Of a DNA stretch of 64,000 nucleotides, positions 50,742 to 61,721 are shown in pieces. Numbering within the stretch: the stretch's first letter is position 1; each line of letters starts with the position of its first letter. The DNA is from a virus: the IMG/VR virus record IMGVR_UViG_3300045988_095445. One strand, given 5' to 3'. The notes below the pieces were generated by a model, which was given only the letters and a program-made list of their open reading frames with translations, was not told the DNA's origin and searched no databases. A program made the position numbers and the translations under genes.

Positions 50742-50812
50742 AAAACTTCCTTTCCTTAACTTTCTATATATATTATATAATAAAAATTAAGAATTTTCAA
50801 AAAGATTTTTAT
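50742..50812 (-). promoter_or_regulatory. Representative copy of the conserved promoter-leader: TTGAAA-N17-TATAAT-ATATATAGAAAGTTAAGGAAAGGAAG (minus strand).
   Basis: The minus strand reads cTTTTTGAAAattcttaatttttattaTATAATatatatagaaagttaaggaaaggaagtt-ATG. About 20 copies in the window, each just upstream of a minus-strand gene start (20188, 21831, 23571, 29222, 38041, 46442, 54641, 55232, 59431, 60391, 62852 and others). Confidence 0.6.
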
Positions 50813-51013
50813 GCTTGAGTTTTCTATTAAAGGAACCTTTTCCTTTCTTTGCTCTTGTTATAGAACCTCTCTGTTTAAAATGAAGATATTCTTGCAGCTC
50901 TTCTGGAGATTTCTTTTGAGCCTGCTTTATAGTTTTTAAATTCATTTTACTAGACCCCTTTTCATCTTATTATGTACCAAAAACATATGATTTAAAGTTG
51001 CTGAATAGGTCTA

Positions 51014-51089
51014 TGGGGTGTACGACGAGACTTGAACTCGCACCTCTCAGAGCCACAATCTGATGCTCTACCAATTAAGCTACGCACAA
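51014..51089 (-). tRNA. tRNA-His (GUG), with C73 but an imperfect 5' terminus/G-1 context.
   Basis: Anticodon loop TTGTGGC; D-arm GCTT-AATTGGTA-GAGC; the 1-72 pair is mismatched in my fold. Confidence 0.55.
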
Positions 51090-51271
51090 CATATTAGCAA
51101 TAGATTTTAATATCGGGTATTAGCCTCCGGCCTTTGCGCTCGGAATTGGCGGTACAATTCTCTGCGCCCTATCTAACCCTATCCGACTCGATTTACCATA
51201 CGGACTGCTTGATAAAGTGGCCACAATATCTTGCAGGCTTTCTTGCCGCGTTTAAACGCCTCTGCCGAGGC

Positions 51272-51347
51272 TGGAGCTGGATAAGAGACTCGAACTCTTA
51301 ACCTATCGCTTACAAGGCAATTGCTCTACCTATTGAGCTAATCCAGC
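51272..51347 (-). tRNA. tRNA-Thr (UGU).
   Basis: Anticodon loop CTTGTAA. Confidence 0.65.
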
Positions 51348-51430
51348 GTATAATGGCCGGTATAAACCCCGGCTCGGGTTAAGAAAATCGACAGTATGCT
51401 CGTTTCCGCACTATACACCAACCGCCAGCT

Positions 51431-51694
51431 TAATCGCCGGCCGTATGGGAGTCGAACCCATTCCTCTGTCTTTCGGTTTTGGCCTTCTCTTCCCCATAGG
51501 CTCCCGCAGCAGTACCAAAAAACTTGACGAGATTATATTGAAGTTGTTTTTGTCTCATTGAGACCGGCAGGCGGCTATACTTCCAAACCTTCACAAGCCC
51601 TATTATTTCGTTAATCGCTTGTATTATCACCGCAAGCAAACGGAACTACTTAGTCGGTTTTCGTAGTTGACACAATAGCCTCGTTTATATGCGG
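51431..51694 (-). ncRNA. Unassigned structured RNA candidate: 264 nt closed by an 8 bp GC clamp, with a canonical T-arm next to the 3' strand.
   Basis: 5' GCCGGCCG ... ATGGG-TTCGACT-CCCAT-A-CGGCCGGC 3' on the minus strand. No D-arm and no CCA. Internal GTCTCA-ATG-AGAC hairpin. The overlapping track ORF (69 aa) looks spurious. Confidence 0.3.
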
Positions 51695-51731
51695 CCGGCA
51701 TATATAACAGTGTCTTATCCCGATTGGCTAT

Positions 51732-51824
51732 TGGCGAAGGGGAGAGGATTCGAACCTCCGGACCGTGTTTCCACAATCAAGGGATTAGCAATCCCTCGCA
51801 TTCAACCTACTCTGCCACCCCTCC
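51732..51824 (-). tRNA. tRNA-Ser (GCU), class II.
   Basis: Anticodon stem AGGGA/TCCCT, loop TTGCTAA; 93 nt. Confidence 0.6.
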
Positions 51825-52222
51825 AAATATGTTTCCTCTGCGTTTTATGGGCTTGGAACCATCACCTATCGGCGGCCGCATTAAACATAAAAGTTATCTA
51901 TCACTATGAATAACTTCTGTTTCTGCGAAAATGAAATCATCAATATCCATCATTTTTTAATACCTCCTTAATTTATTTTAATCGGTAGTGCCATTCTAAC
52001 AGCCTATCTTGCACTTTTGATAGGTTCCCGATTCGCTAGTCTTTTATATATAAATCTCTATTGAGAAAATAATCGGTGCCAACTTAATTTTTTAACGAGG
52101 TCGTTGACTTCCATCCCCGAACCCTTTTCGTTACTCCAGATTTTATCTCTCAGCCAGCCGATTTCTTTATACAGCGCTATATAAAGCTGCTTCAACTGAG
52201 CCTTTAGGTTCTTGGCACCTAA

Positions 52223-52297
52223 TGGGTGCGGGAGCGAGAATTGAACTCGCGTAATCGAGTTTATGAGACTCGACTGGGAACCAACACCCTTCCCGCG
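52223..52297 (-). tRNA. tRNA-Met (CAU) with a C1:A72 mismatch (initiator-like).
   Basis: Anticodon stem CGAGT/ACTCG, loop CTCATAA; 5' CGCGGGA against 3' TCCCGCA gives C1·A72. Confidence 0.55.
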
Positions 52298-52609
52298 ATA
52301 TACAGCTATTAGAATTAAATTATAATGAAACCAAAATATATTTTTACTACTTAACGCCTAGACACTCTTGAGTTGGTCTGCGTTGCCACTCCTCGCTTTT
52401 TATTCTCGCCTCATATATTCTATATTTTGGAATAACTCTAATAGCCACGGTACTCTTGCGCCCCTCCGCTGGATGTATCAGCCGGAACCGTTTCACTTTA
52501 ATTAAGCAAGGGCGTGCCACATATCAATAATTCATTCTTGCCGTACCATACTCTACGCACAAGAAAGGCCCGTCTTTTCTTTCACTCGAAACTGTGGAAC
52601 CCATACATC

Positions 52610-52687
52610 TGGTGACCTTGGAGGGATTCGAACCCATCAACCTCCACCTTGAGAGGGTGGCGACTTTGCCATTTCGTCGACAAGGCC
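52610..52687 (-). tRNA. tRNA-Glu (CUC).
   Basis: Anticodon stem GGTGG/CCACC, loop CTCTCAA. Confidence 0.55.
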
Positions 52688-52991
52688 ATTTAAAGAGCAG
52701 TTTATTGACTTGCTCAGGTCTTTTAGTTAATCGCTAAGTTCGACGGCGCCGCATTTAGTGAACACCTGCACGGGAGTTCCGTTCAACTCGTTGTCCTCAA
52801 GAATGGAATAATCACAAATATAAACATTTGTATTACCAATCTTGCGAAGCGGGTTTCCGCAATTAGAACACTTACGTTCCTTTTCCACATTCTGCGGAAC
52901 CTTAATTCCGAGAGCCTTACCAAGCTCTGCGAAAGAGTTGAACTTCCCGTGAACATTCTTCATAATAGCAATCTCCTTTTCTATTGTTTAA

Positions 52992-53066
52992 TGGTACTCG
53001 GTACGGGAGTCGAACCCGTGTTTCTGGCGTGAAAGGCCAGCGTCTTTACCGCTTGACTAACCGAGC
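52992..53066 (-). tRNA. tRNA-Glu (UUC).
   Basis: Anticodon loop CTTTCAC. Confidence 0.65.
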
Positions 53067-53318
53067 ATATCTGCACTTTTAATAATCTCTTTCTGTCTTA
53101 TTTAATAATAGCTATTGTTTATTATAAGCTATACTGTCATTACTATATATAAAGAGAATATTAACTTATCTTCTAGTTGGTGAACAGCGGCGTCACTGAA
53201 AACCACCTATTTCTATTAAGGACGGAAATAGGAATGCCCTATTGTTCTTATGGCAATGAAATCAATAAAAACCTGTAATCATTAGACGGTATCATATATA
53301 ATTATTAGTAGATACCTA

Positions 53319-53394
53319 TGGTGGAACATACGAGGGTCGAACTCGTGACCTCCTGCTTGCAAGGCAGGCGCTCTCCCAACTGAGCTAATGCCCC
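53319..53394 (-). tRNA. tRNA-Ala (UGC).
   Basis: D-arm GCTC-AGTTGGGA-GAGC; anticodon loop CTTGCAA. Confidence 0.65.
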
Positions 53395-53608
53395 ATATTG
53401 TGATTAAGATGATTGGTCGTGTCAATCAAGGAGAACTACGCTCTAATTTATCGGCTACTACAGTCCAATGTGCCAGGCATCAACCTAAAAGGGACACCGC
53501 ATTGCTGATTCGCTTGCGCGCTATCGCTGCCTATATACGACTTGCGATACTTTGTTCTTTCTTAACCTTACATAAATATTATACAATATTTTTTATTGTT
53601 TTTCAAAT

Positions 53609-53685
53609 TGGCGATGACGACGGGGTTTGAACCCGTGACCTTCGGCGTGACAGGCCGACGTTCTAGCCTACTGAACTACGCCACC
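53609..53685 (-). tRNA. tRNA-Asp (GUC).
   Basis: Anticodon loop CTGTCAC. Confidence 0.65.
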
Positions 53686-53789
53686 GTATAAGGCGAGGAA
53701 GGGTCGTACGCACCCCGTGTGCTTTGCGCCTCGCCGTTCACATATATCACACTTCTGACTTATTGGGCATGGGAAATCAGTAGAAACCA

Positions 53790-53876
53790 TGGTGCGCATG
53801 ATGGGACTTGAACCCATACGCTCTTACGAACACGAGCACCTCAAGCTCGCCTGTCTGCCGATTCCAGCACACGCGC
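53790..53876 (-). tRNA. tRNA-Leu (GAG), class II.
   Basis: Anticodon loop TTGAGGT; 87 nt. Confidence 0.6.
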
Positions 53877-54034
53877 ATATTTCTATGGTATTGATCGAGT
53901 TCCAAGGCTTCCTCTTTTAATACTGACTAGCCATCATAAATGCTTGGCCATTTACGACAAGAAATCCAGTCTTCAACTACGGGCCATAGCTCCGCCGGTT
54001 ATATGGGTTTAAGACAATGTCACCGGAACCATCT

Positions 54035-54110
54035 GGTGTTCCCGGCGGGAGTCGAACCCGCAACATCATGGTTCTAAACCACGCGTGTCTGCCTATTGCA
54101 CCACGAGAAC
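54035..54110 (-). tRNA. tRNA with anticodon UAG (Leu by anticodon), class I-like with a large D-loop.
   Basis: Anticodon stem CGTGG/CCATG, loop TTTAGAA; 76 nt. Confidence 0.5.
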
Positions 54111-54236
54111 ATAAAAGAGCAACTATTTGTTTCAGAACTACCCGTCGCTCTATTGGGCCAGCCTATTATTTTAGTTCGCAGTGGACGAATTGAGAGTTTA
54201 GGGTTAAAGTCGCGGCGCTACTCACAAACTCGACTT

Positions 54237-54313
54237 TGGCGGGAAGGGTGGGGCTCGAACCCACGACATCTTGCTTAACAGGCAAGCGCTCTACTCTTCT
54301 GAGCTACCGACCC
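54237..54313 (-). tRNA. tRNA-Asn (GUU); two mismatches in the acceptor stem.
   Basis: Anticodon loop CTGTTAA; D-arm GCTC-AGAAGAGTA-GAGC. Confidence 0.55.
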
Positions 54314-54718
54314 AAGCTCAAGGCAGAATAAATAAACTTTCTTAAACCAAAAATAAGTGTTTTATTTAATAAAAGATTTGCTGTGTCTGCCTTATATAAA
54401 TATTATATAATATTTTTTATTGTTTTTCAAAAAAGATTCAGTTGTTTAGCTTCATCATAAGAAATACCAAAGGTATCCTTGAAAGTTGCGTTAAAGTTCT
54501 CCCACTGTTCCTCGGGGCCACCAACTCCACCATTCATAAGCCAAATAGCATCACAAATACTATCCTCATTTTTATAACAAGAAAGAGCCTCGGCCGCGAG
54601 TTGTGCGAGATATAACTTCTTATCCATATGCAACTTCCTTTCTTACTTTCTATAAATATTATATCATATTTATAAAAGTTTTTCAAATGTTTTCAAGACG
54701 CTAGCTATTTAGCTCCGG

Positions 54719-54795
54719 AAATCGGATTCGAACCGATAATTTTTCACTTTGAGTTGAAATGTCTTAACCATTTGACTATTCTGGAAATAGATTTG
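54719..54795 (-). tRNA. tRNA with an 8-nucleotide anticodon loop (ACUCAAAG; contains CAA/UCA).
   Basis: Acceptor TCCAGAA/TTCCGGA; T-arm ATCGG-TTCGAAT-CCGAT; anticodon stem TTTCA/TGAAA flanking an 8 nt loop. No encoded CCA. Preceded by the TTTGCTGTATGCGTCTT motif. Confidence 0.45.
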
Positions 54796-54847
54796 CTGTA
54801 TGCGTCTTATAGCAAGAGGGCCCTCCTATTGGGTCTGTCCTCTTAAA

Positions 54848-54923
54848 TGGTACTCCGAGCTGGACTCGAACCAAGCATCAAGCGATTATAAGTCGCCCGT
54901 TCTAACCTTTGAACTACCGGAGT
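54848..54923 (-). tRNA. tRNA-Ile (UAU).
   Basis: Anticodon stem GGCGA/TCGCT, loop CTTATAA. Confidence 0.55.
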
Positions 54924-55708
54924 ATAGATAAAGTGAGTATTTTATTTAACGCATATCAGCCTCACTCACGCCTTACCCGTGCAATTATTTATAGTTACTG
55001 TCGATAACTTATATAAATATTATATAATATTTATTTTTATTTTTCAAATAATCAATAAGGAGTAGATGTTCCATAAAGACCAGTAATATCAATATCATTA
55101 CATAGATCTCTAGTCACACAAGTTTCAAGTTCTGCCTGAGAAATAATTTCTTCCTCCGCTAGAGGTTCATCACTCTCGATAGTAGCAAGGATAGTGAAAG
55201 AAACTGCATAAACATATTTACTCATAAACTCAAAACTTCCTTTCCTTAACTTTCTATATATATTATATAATAATTTTTTTTATTTTTCAAGGAAGCGTAA
55301 GTTCTAGAAAATATTTCTCTTACGCTTCCCTTTTAGTAAGGAAGTTTGTACTATTATTAAACTTTATATTAAATATCTTAATTACCCATACCCAAAATTT
55401 TTAATCAGTAATTCCCAACTTAGCTTTAAGCTCCTCAATCTTAGCTTTATCCTCTGGAGCCAACTCAGTTGGAGCAAAACTATTCGCGGATGGAGTATCA
55501 GAACTTGATGTAGAGAGCGTACTATCTCCTCCGCCCGCAATCGGTGTCTTAGGCATTGTAAGTGATACAGCAATCTGAACAACTTCTCCACTCGCTCCAT
55601 CTTTTACTGAAATGTAAATCTTTTTATCCGAAACAAAAGAGCCTTCAAATGTTGAAAGAATTGTCTTTGTAATTAGGTCTTTCGCGGCATCTCCTCGTCT
55701 AACTGCCA

Positions 55709-57013
55709 TTATTCATCGTCCTCCTCGATTAATCTATCCTCTTGTTTCATTAGATTATGGCAAGTCTTACAATACGGCCTACCATCCATCCAATAAATTT
55801 TATCTTCATCATATATTCTACGATAACAACTATTACAAGTCAAGAAGAAATCTTCATCTGCCTCTTTCTCTGATATGCAGAAATTACATAAAAATGAATC
55901 TTCTCTATTTATATGTTCTGTTCCACAACAGGGGCAAATTGGTCTTTCACCAATTTTGATTTGAAAAACATCATTAAAATGTAGTTCTTCCACATATTTA
56001 TTTTGATCTAAATGCTTTGTATAATCCTCATACTTTCCATTATTTACTGATATAATCGGTGCGTACGTACTAGAAATAACTAAATCGGAATATCCTAAAT
56101 AATCACTCATATCAATTACATCTCTCGTATCATGAATACGTCCGCCTGCATTTATTTGATTATATATAAGTTGCTCACTACCCCATTGAGTTTGGATTAC
56201 TTTAAATCCATAATCAAGAGGAAGAGACATATCAAATTTAATCAATTTAAGTAACATATTATGTACACAAGCGAGTAAATCTCTTGATTCATATGGATAT
56301 TGTCTATTATAATAAATATTTCTGATACCATCTGTATGGACTAACATTCTCCATTTTTTGCTATTCCATTTCATTCCTAATGGAAGACATTTTAGATGCT
56401 CTTGTTTACCATTAGATAAATAAGCAACAATAGTTGTTTTATCTACTAAATAACTAAGATTTCCACTTCTATAATCTCCATCAAGAGACTGACATGACCA
56501 CCAATTTTCATTGTTTTCTGAAATAGTTAAGAAATCAAGAGGATGAATAGAAAGATATAAATATCCTTCTATTTTATTTTCTTGCATATATCTTGAAGCA
56601 GTATCTTGTGCCCATCTAACAATCTCTTGACTATTAATAAATCGCTTAAAAGATTTGGATAATTTAGAACCTAGTGGAATATTAAAAGAAGGATATGGTA
56701 ATAAAACTCTGTTATCAAAAAATCCTCCTTTATTATCTCTCAAAAATAATTCGAGATCAGTAGTTAAGATTCCGTTTTCATCAAGAGCTTGAATAAACTC
56801 TTCAAATCTTTTATTCTTCTGCTCTTCTGTCAAAAGAATTTTAATTGGTTCCTTGCTTCTTAATATCAATTCTCCGCCAAAAAGATTTATTATATCTTTT
56901 TTCGCTTCTGCCCATTGTTCGATTAAATTTTTTGAATCGAGATAAAATGGATAATCTTGAGAATGAACAAGTACAGATTCAAAATCATTTTGTAACTTCT
57001 GTAATTCTATCAT
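55709..57013 (-). CDS. Hypothetical protein with C-terminal zinc-ribbon pairs (434 aa).
   Basis: Intact ORF; CPCCGTEH...CNFC...CNSC...CKTC. Confidence 0.35.
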   Translation of the reverse strand: MIELQKLQNDFESVLVHSQDYPFYLDSKNLIEQWAEAKKDIINLFGGELILRSKEPIKILLTEEQKNKRFEEFIQALDENGILTTDLELFLRDNKGGFFDNRVLLPYPSFNIPLGSKLSKSFKRFINSQEIVRWAQDTASRYMQENKIEGYLYLSIHPLDFLTISENNENWWSCQSLDGDYRSGNLSYLVDKTTIVAYLSNGKQEHLKCLPLGMKWNSKKWRMLVHTDGIRNIYYNRQYPYESRDLLACVHNMLLKLIKFDMSLPLDYGFKVIQTQWGSEQLIYNQINAGGRIHDTRDVIDMSDYLGYSDLVISSTYAPIISVNNGKYEDYTKHLDQNKYVEELHFNDVFQIKIGERPICPCCGTEHINREDSFLCNFCISEKEADEDFFLTCNSCYRRIYDEDKIYWMDGRPYCKTCHNLMKQEDRLIEEDDE

Positions 57014-57059
57014 CTATACATTATATCTCCCATCTTATAAACTCCAATCAATCGGTTCT

Positions 57060-57459
57060 CCACCCATAGAAAGCAGTAAATTATTTGCTGTTGAAAATGG
57101 TTTACTACCTTTAAACGCAGGAGTTCCTTTACATGGTTTACTTACACTAAAAGGACTGCGGAATTGGAATCCCTAAATCGCTATTAAGCTCGCTAAAAAT
57201 ATTTCTTAAAGATGGTTGAATGGGGCTCCCATCAGAAATAGAAAATGCTAACCCGTTTGCTGCGCCTGGGGTATGATACGGGTCTTGTCCTACAATACAA
57301 ACTTTTACATCTTCTGGATGCGTAAGATTAAGCGCTCTAAAGATTTTATCCTATTCTGGAAATAAAATCTTTCCTTTAGAGCGCTCTTCTAAAGCATGAT
57401 TTTCAAGTTGAACACTTAAATCCAGTGCCTCTTGAGGAAGAATTTCCGACCATTTCACT
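57060..57459 (-). pseudogene. Uracil-DNA glycosylase (family 1) remnant.
   Basis: Reads ...[48 protein letters not shown]... then breaks frame, with GGEPIDW (the UDG C-terminus) in another frame. The central about 100 aa of UDG are absent. No track ORF over 60 aa. Confidence 0.35.
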
Positions 57460-57523
57460 TTAGAAACACTCCTTTTATTATCTTTATAATAATATTATAA
57501 TATATAAAAATAATAAAATCTAA

Positions 57524-58300
57524 TTATTTCTTTTTGCTAAGTCTAGCAAGTTCATGGAAATGCGAGATTACTGAAAAATAAGTATCACAATAATGACAAG
57601 AATGACCAGGTATATTACATTTTTGCCCACAGTTTAAACGAGTTTTTGCAAATGCTTCTTTAAATGTTAAGTTATTTCTTGTAGGTAAGCCATCAATGAG
57701 AAGGTTTATATCATAATTAAATGAACCTCTATTATAGATATTAAACAAAGTATCTTCTTTTTCTAAATTAGGTTGCTTAAAATCTATTACATCAATAGCA
57801 GAATATAAATGGAGATCCTCCGGGCGAATAAAAAAACTTGAAGGTTTTCTTTCTGCGGATAGGGAGACATTAGGGGAAATGGTGGGTGATACTCTTATCT
57901 TAATATCTCCTTTAACCTTTTCTAATAACTCCATTTGAAACCCTAGTGGTCCATCTATATAGATATCACTAACCTTGGCCTCCCGCAATTCTTGAAAAGT
58001 TTCCCAATCAGTAACCGGGAACCGCAAATATCTATTATATCCCATATCTTTTAAATCATTTAATTGATATATGTTTCCGCATTGAATAGTGTAATCATTT
58101 GCTATTGTTTTAATTATCTCAACTTGCTCAGCCAATCTTGTTAATTGCACCTGAGTTAATTCATCTGGAATAATTATATTACACCTTTTATTTGGATTTT
58201 CTTTAAGAAATTTAATAATTGTTCCTAATTGATTGTAGGGGCAACGTATCTCTCCAGCCATTTTTATATTGCTGGAATGATAATTTACACTAAATATCAT
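57524..58300 (-). CDS. Hypothetical protein (258 aa).
   Basis: Intact ORF. Confidence 0.3.
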   Translation of the reverse strand: MIFSVNYHSSNIKMAGEIRCPYNQLGTIIKFLKENPNKRCNIIIPDELTQVQLTRLAEQVEIIKTIANDYTIQCGNIYQLNDLKDMGYNRYLRFPVTDWETFQELREAKVSDIYIDGPLGFQMELLEKVKGDIKIRVSPTISPNVSLSAERKPSSFFIRPEDLHLYSAIDVIDFKQPNLEKEDTLFNIYNRGSFNYDINLLIDGLPTRNNLTFKEAFAKTRLNCGQKCNIPGHSCHYCDTYFSVISHFHELARLSKKK

Positions 58301-58593
58301 TAAATAAGCCCTCCTTTATTTATATATTTATTATAGCATATAATAAAAAATCCGTCAATCTTGAGATGAAAATGCCAAATTGACACATCCTTTTGCTTTT
58401 GTTATAATAAATATATAAATAAAAAAGGAGTTTTAACTGTGGTTTTTATTATTATCGCTATTTGCGTAATATTATTCTCGGCATTTCATATTATGAATTT
58501 TCCAGGTGGCCCTTCTGGATTTGCAATTTGTACTAAAGTATGGCTAAAAAGAAAGGTATCTACTTTTCGTAGATACCTTTCTAAAGGTTTTAA

Positions 58594-59034
58594 TTAGCCA
58601 ATTCTGCGGTAAGCAGAGAGCTTCTTAGACTTTCCACCCTCAGTGGAAGCAGGAACACTTACGGTCTCCTTAGCAACACGATTGACCTCAGGAGAAGCAA
58701 GCTGGGTTAGACGAGCAGTAACCATCTGAGCAGAAATGTCCTCGTCGTTCAAAGCCTTTACAATATCATTGATAGTCATAGGCTCATCACCAAGGACTTC
58801 ATAAATCTTCTCGCGAAGAGCATCTCCCTCGACCTTCTTAGCAGCAGCTCTCTTAGCGGCAGCAGCAGTCTTATTGTCAAGCAACTCGACCTCGTGCTCG
58901 ACGAACTCGCGCAGGCTATCATAAGTAATTTCACTGGACTCGAGGACAAGACCCTCGTTCTCAGCGACAGACAAAATGCTCAAAATAGCATTATAATTGG
59001 CTTTCTTTGTGGGCTTCTTTACAGTGTTAGACAT
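58594..59034 (-). CDS. Hypothetical Ala/Lys-rich protein, possibly DNA-binding (146 aa).
   Basis: Intact ORF. Confidence 0.3.
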   Translation of the reverse strand: MSNTVKKPTKKANYNAILSILSVAENEGLVLESSEITYDSLREFVEHEVELLDNKTAAAAKRAAAKKVEGDALREKIYEVLGDEPMTINDIVKALNDEDISAQMVTARLTQLASPEVNRVAKETVSVPASTEGGKSKKLSAYRRIG

Positions 59035-59672
59035 AATTTAATCAATTCCTCTCTTGTTTTATTGTATTTATATTATATGATATTTTTTGAGTAAAGTCAA
59101 GAAAATTTCTTGTAATTTACAAAACACAATGGACTACATACCATTTAGGTTCTCGCGTAATGTTTAACGCGCCCAAAATGTTTTTAAGTTCACTGGTTTC
59201 AAGATTGTTATTAGAGAAAGTGATTTCTCTAATTGTCCCTTCTTCAACGTCATCGCCTACTTGAATACCAATTACAATATCTTCATCATTATCATAGTAG
59301 TTAGCTCTGTGAATAAAATCGCAATTTTTATCACAAAATTCATCATCCTTCTGATTTAAGACATTGATTTCGTCATTTTCAAGACGAACTCCATAGACGA
59401 TTTTAGTAAAATAGCTAACGCTCATTACAAGAAATCTCCTTTCCTACTTTCTATATTTATTATAACTTATTTTTTTGTTTTTTGCAAACCGATTCCTTGA
59501 CTAAAGTGGTAATTTTTATGTCAAATATCTCTAATGAAAAAGATTAGATTTGTAATCCAACAAGTTGCGGAGATGCCATATAAGACTGCGTGAAGCATTG
59601 TTGGTGAAGAATACAGAAGTATTAGAGACGAAAAGACAAGGAACATATATAGTATTAGCAGCAGAGTAGTTT

Positions 59673-60155
59673 TCATTTCATTTTAACCCATTCCTTATTT
59701 CTAGCTTTTTTATCGAGTAAGGTAGACAAATCCGCAGGTTTCTTCATATGACGGTCATCTCCATCACGGAATTCATCCCAACCGAGCAGGAGATACTTCA
59801 GATGCTCAGGAGCATCATCAGGGAAAATATCGGTAGAAGCGATATACCAACCAATCCCTACGGCATATCTAGCTACGGACTCCCGCAGCCAATCTTCATC
59901 AGCAGCCTTATTCCCACGAATTACAAGAATAGGCCCATTGTCAAAGCCGCGAGCATGCTTTAGACCATCATAGCCTTTATCGGTATCAACAATCTTCTTA
60001 CCATAGGCTTTTGCATATTCTGCATCGCTGTAGTAGCGAACATCTCGATGATTCTTAGTATTTGGATGCTCTACAGTAACATAATATTTACCATTTTTAA
60101 TAAAAGGCTCTTCAGTAATGCGCTTATAGGACTGAAAACTAGGTGCAACAGGCAT
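59673..60155 (-). CDS. Hypothetical protein (160 aa).
   Basis: Intact ORF. Confidence 0.3.
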   Translation of the reverse strand: MPVAPSFQSYKRITEEPFIKNGKYYVTVEHPNTKNHRDVRYYSDAEYAKAYGKKIVDTDKGYDGLKHARGFDNGPILVIRGNKAADEDWLRESVARYAVGIGWYIASTDIFPDDAPEHLKYLLLGWDEFRDGDDRHMKKPADLSTLLDKKARNKEWVKMK

Positions 60156-60860
60156 AATTTAAACCTCCTTAATGATTTTCACGAAGTTCATCAAGAGCGT
60201 TCTTGCTCAAAGTAATACAGCCTTCGCAATCCCAGGGGATAATTTTTACAGAATTTAAATCTTCCTCGCCGTAGTAATCAGCTACATTTCTGAGAGCTTC
60301 AGCGAAGTCGTTACCGTATGTAATGCCCTGATAAGTCTTTACTTGAAACTCCTCGAACATTTCTACCTCGTATTCATAGTAATTCTTCATCTTTTGATAC
60401 TCCTTTCCTCATCTTCTATAATTATTATATCATTATTTTTTAATTTTTGCAAAAGAAAAAGAGCTTCCTTAAAGGAAGCTCTTTGTTAGTTAATAAAGTT
60501 TTAAGATGCCTCTTCTTTGATTTTATAATCATAATCAAGATTTTTGAGAAATTCGCCAAAATCATATCCAGAAATAATTCTACCGAATTTTGCGATAAAT
60601 TGAGTTTGTGCGAAAAGAATAGCAAGCCTATATGCCTCGTCCGCGATCATATACTCAGGAGTTTCTCTATCAATAGGGAAATGGCTCTCAAAAGTTTTAT
60701 TTTCAATAGAGCAAGTAATAATAGCAGTCATGGCATTTACTTCCTTTCTTATTTTATATATTTATTATATATTATAATAAATATAATTGCAACAAAAGAA
60801 AAAAAATAGAAGATGCGCGGGTAGGCGAGATTGGAGAATTTCCAATCTCGCCTATTAGGA

Positions 60861-61721
60861 TTACTTAGATGTGTCTCCAGTGAGGAAGCTAAAAGGATTA
60901 GAGTTGCCCATCATGGTAGAGAGCATAAACATCTTACCCATATCGCTGCTGTTGCCGTCACTGTCGCCAAAAACCATGTTAGCCATCATCATAGGCATGA
61001 GATTGCCGAAGGGCTGATCAGGAGAAGGAGCAGTATTACCAAAATTAATGATAGGCATAATCTTGGTAATAAAATTGAAGCCAAAAGGATTAGAGGTAGG
61101 AATTACAGTCTTAACCTCAGATTCCAAGATATCTACGACTTCAATATTACTGCCGTCAACCGCAGATACAAACATAGGATGATGCTTATGAATAATCATA
61201 TCGCCCTCTTTGACGGCAGAGGCTGCGACAGGCATACGATATACCATGTTCTGGAAGGAGAAGGTAAAGCCAGTCACATCAATGGTCTGCTTAGTAGCAG
61301 GATTATAGGTAAAATACTCACCCTTAGAATTACGAATAGCCAAGCCATAAGGAGAAAAAGCTACCTCATCCCCGCAAGGGCCAAAATCAAAGTTCATATT
61401 AAAGCCTTTTCGAGTAGTGTTTCCGCTTTTGTTGGGCATAGGCGCATTGGTGTCAACCATATGAATAGTCCTTTCTTTAACAAGATAAGCGAATCCATCA
61501 GTTACAGGGATCGCGCTGGTAATATCGGTTCGGGTGTCAGTTAAATAGAGCATAGAGTTTTTATCTGTAATCTCTATTTTGACTATATAATCGGTACTAG
61601 TATTACTTAGTTTCTTTAGGGTTCTCCACGAATCATACGAAATTTTATTATAACCGAATTTAACTTTTTCGGCGTATTCGGTAAGGATAAGATTTATAAG
61701 ACTTGAGTTGAGGATATACAT
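60861..61721 (-). CDS. Hypothetical protein (286 aa).
   Basis: Intact ORF. Confidence 0.3.
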   Translation of the reverse strand: MYILNSSLINLILTEYAEKVKFGYNKISYDSWRTLKKLSNTSTDYIVKIEITDKNSMLYLTDTRTDITSAIPVTDGFAYLVKERTIHMVDTNAPMPNKSGNTTRKGFNMNFDFGPCGDEVAFSPYGLAIRNSKGEYFTYNPATKQTIDVTGFTFSFQNMVYRMPVAASAVKEGDMIIHKHHPMFVSAVDGSNIEVVDILESEVKTVIPTSNPFGFNFITKIMPIINFGNTAPSPDQPFGNLMPMMMANMVFGDSDGNSSDMGKMFMLSTMMGNSNPFSFLTGDTSK

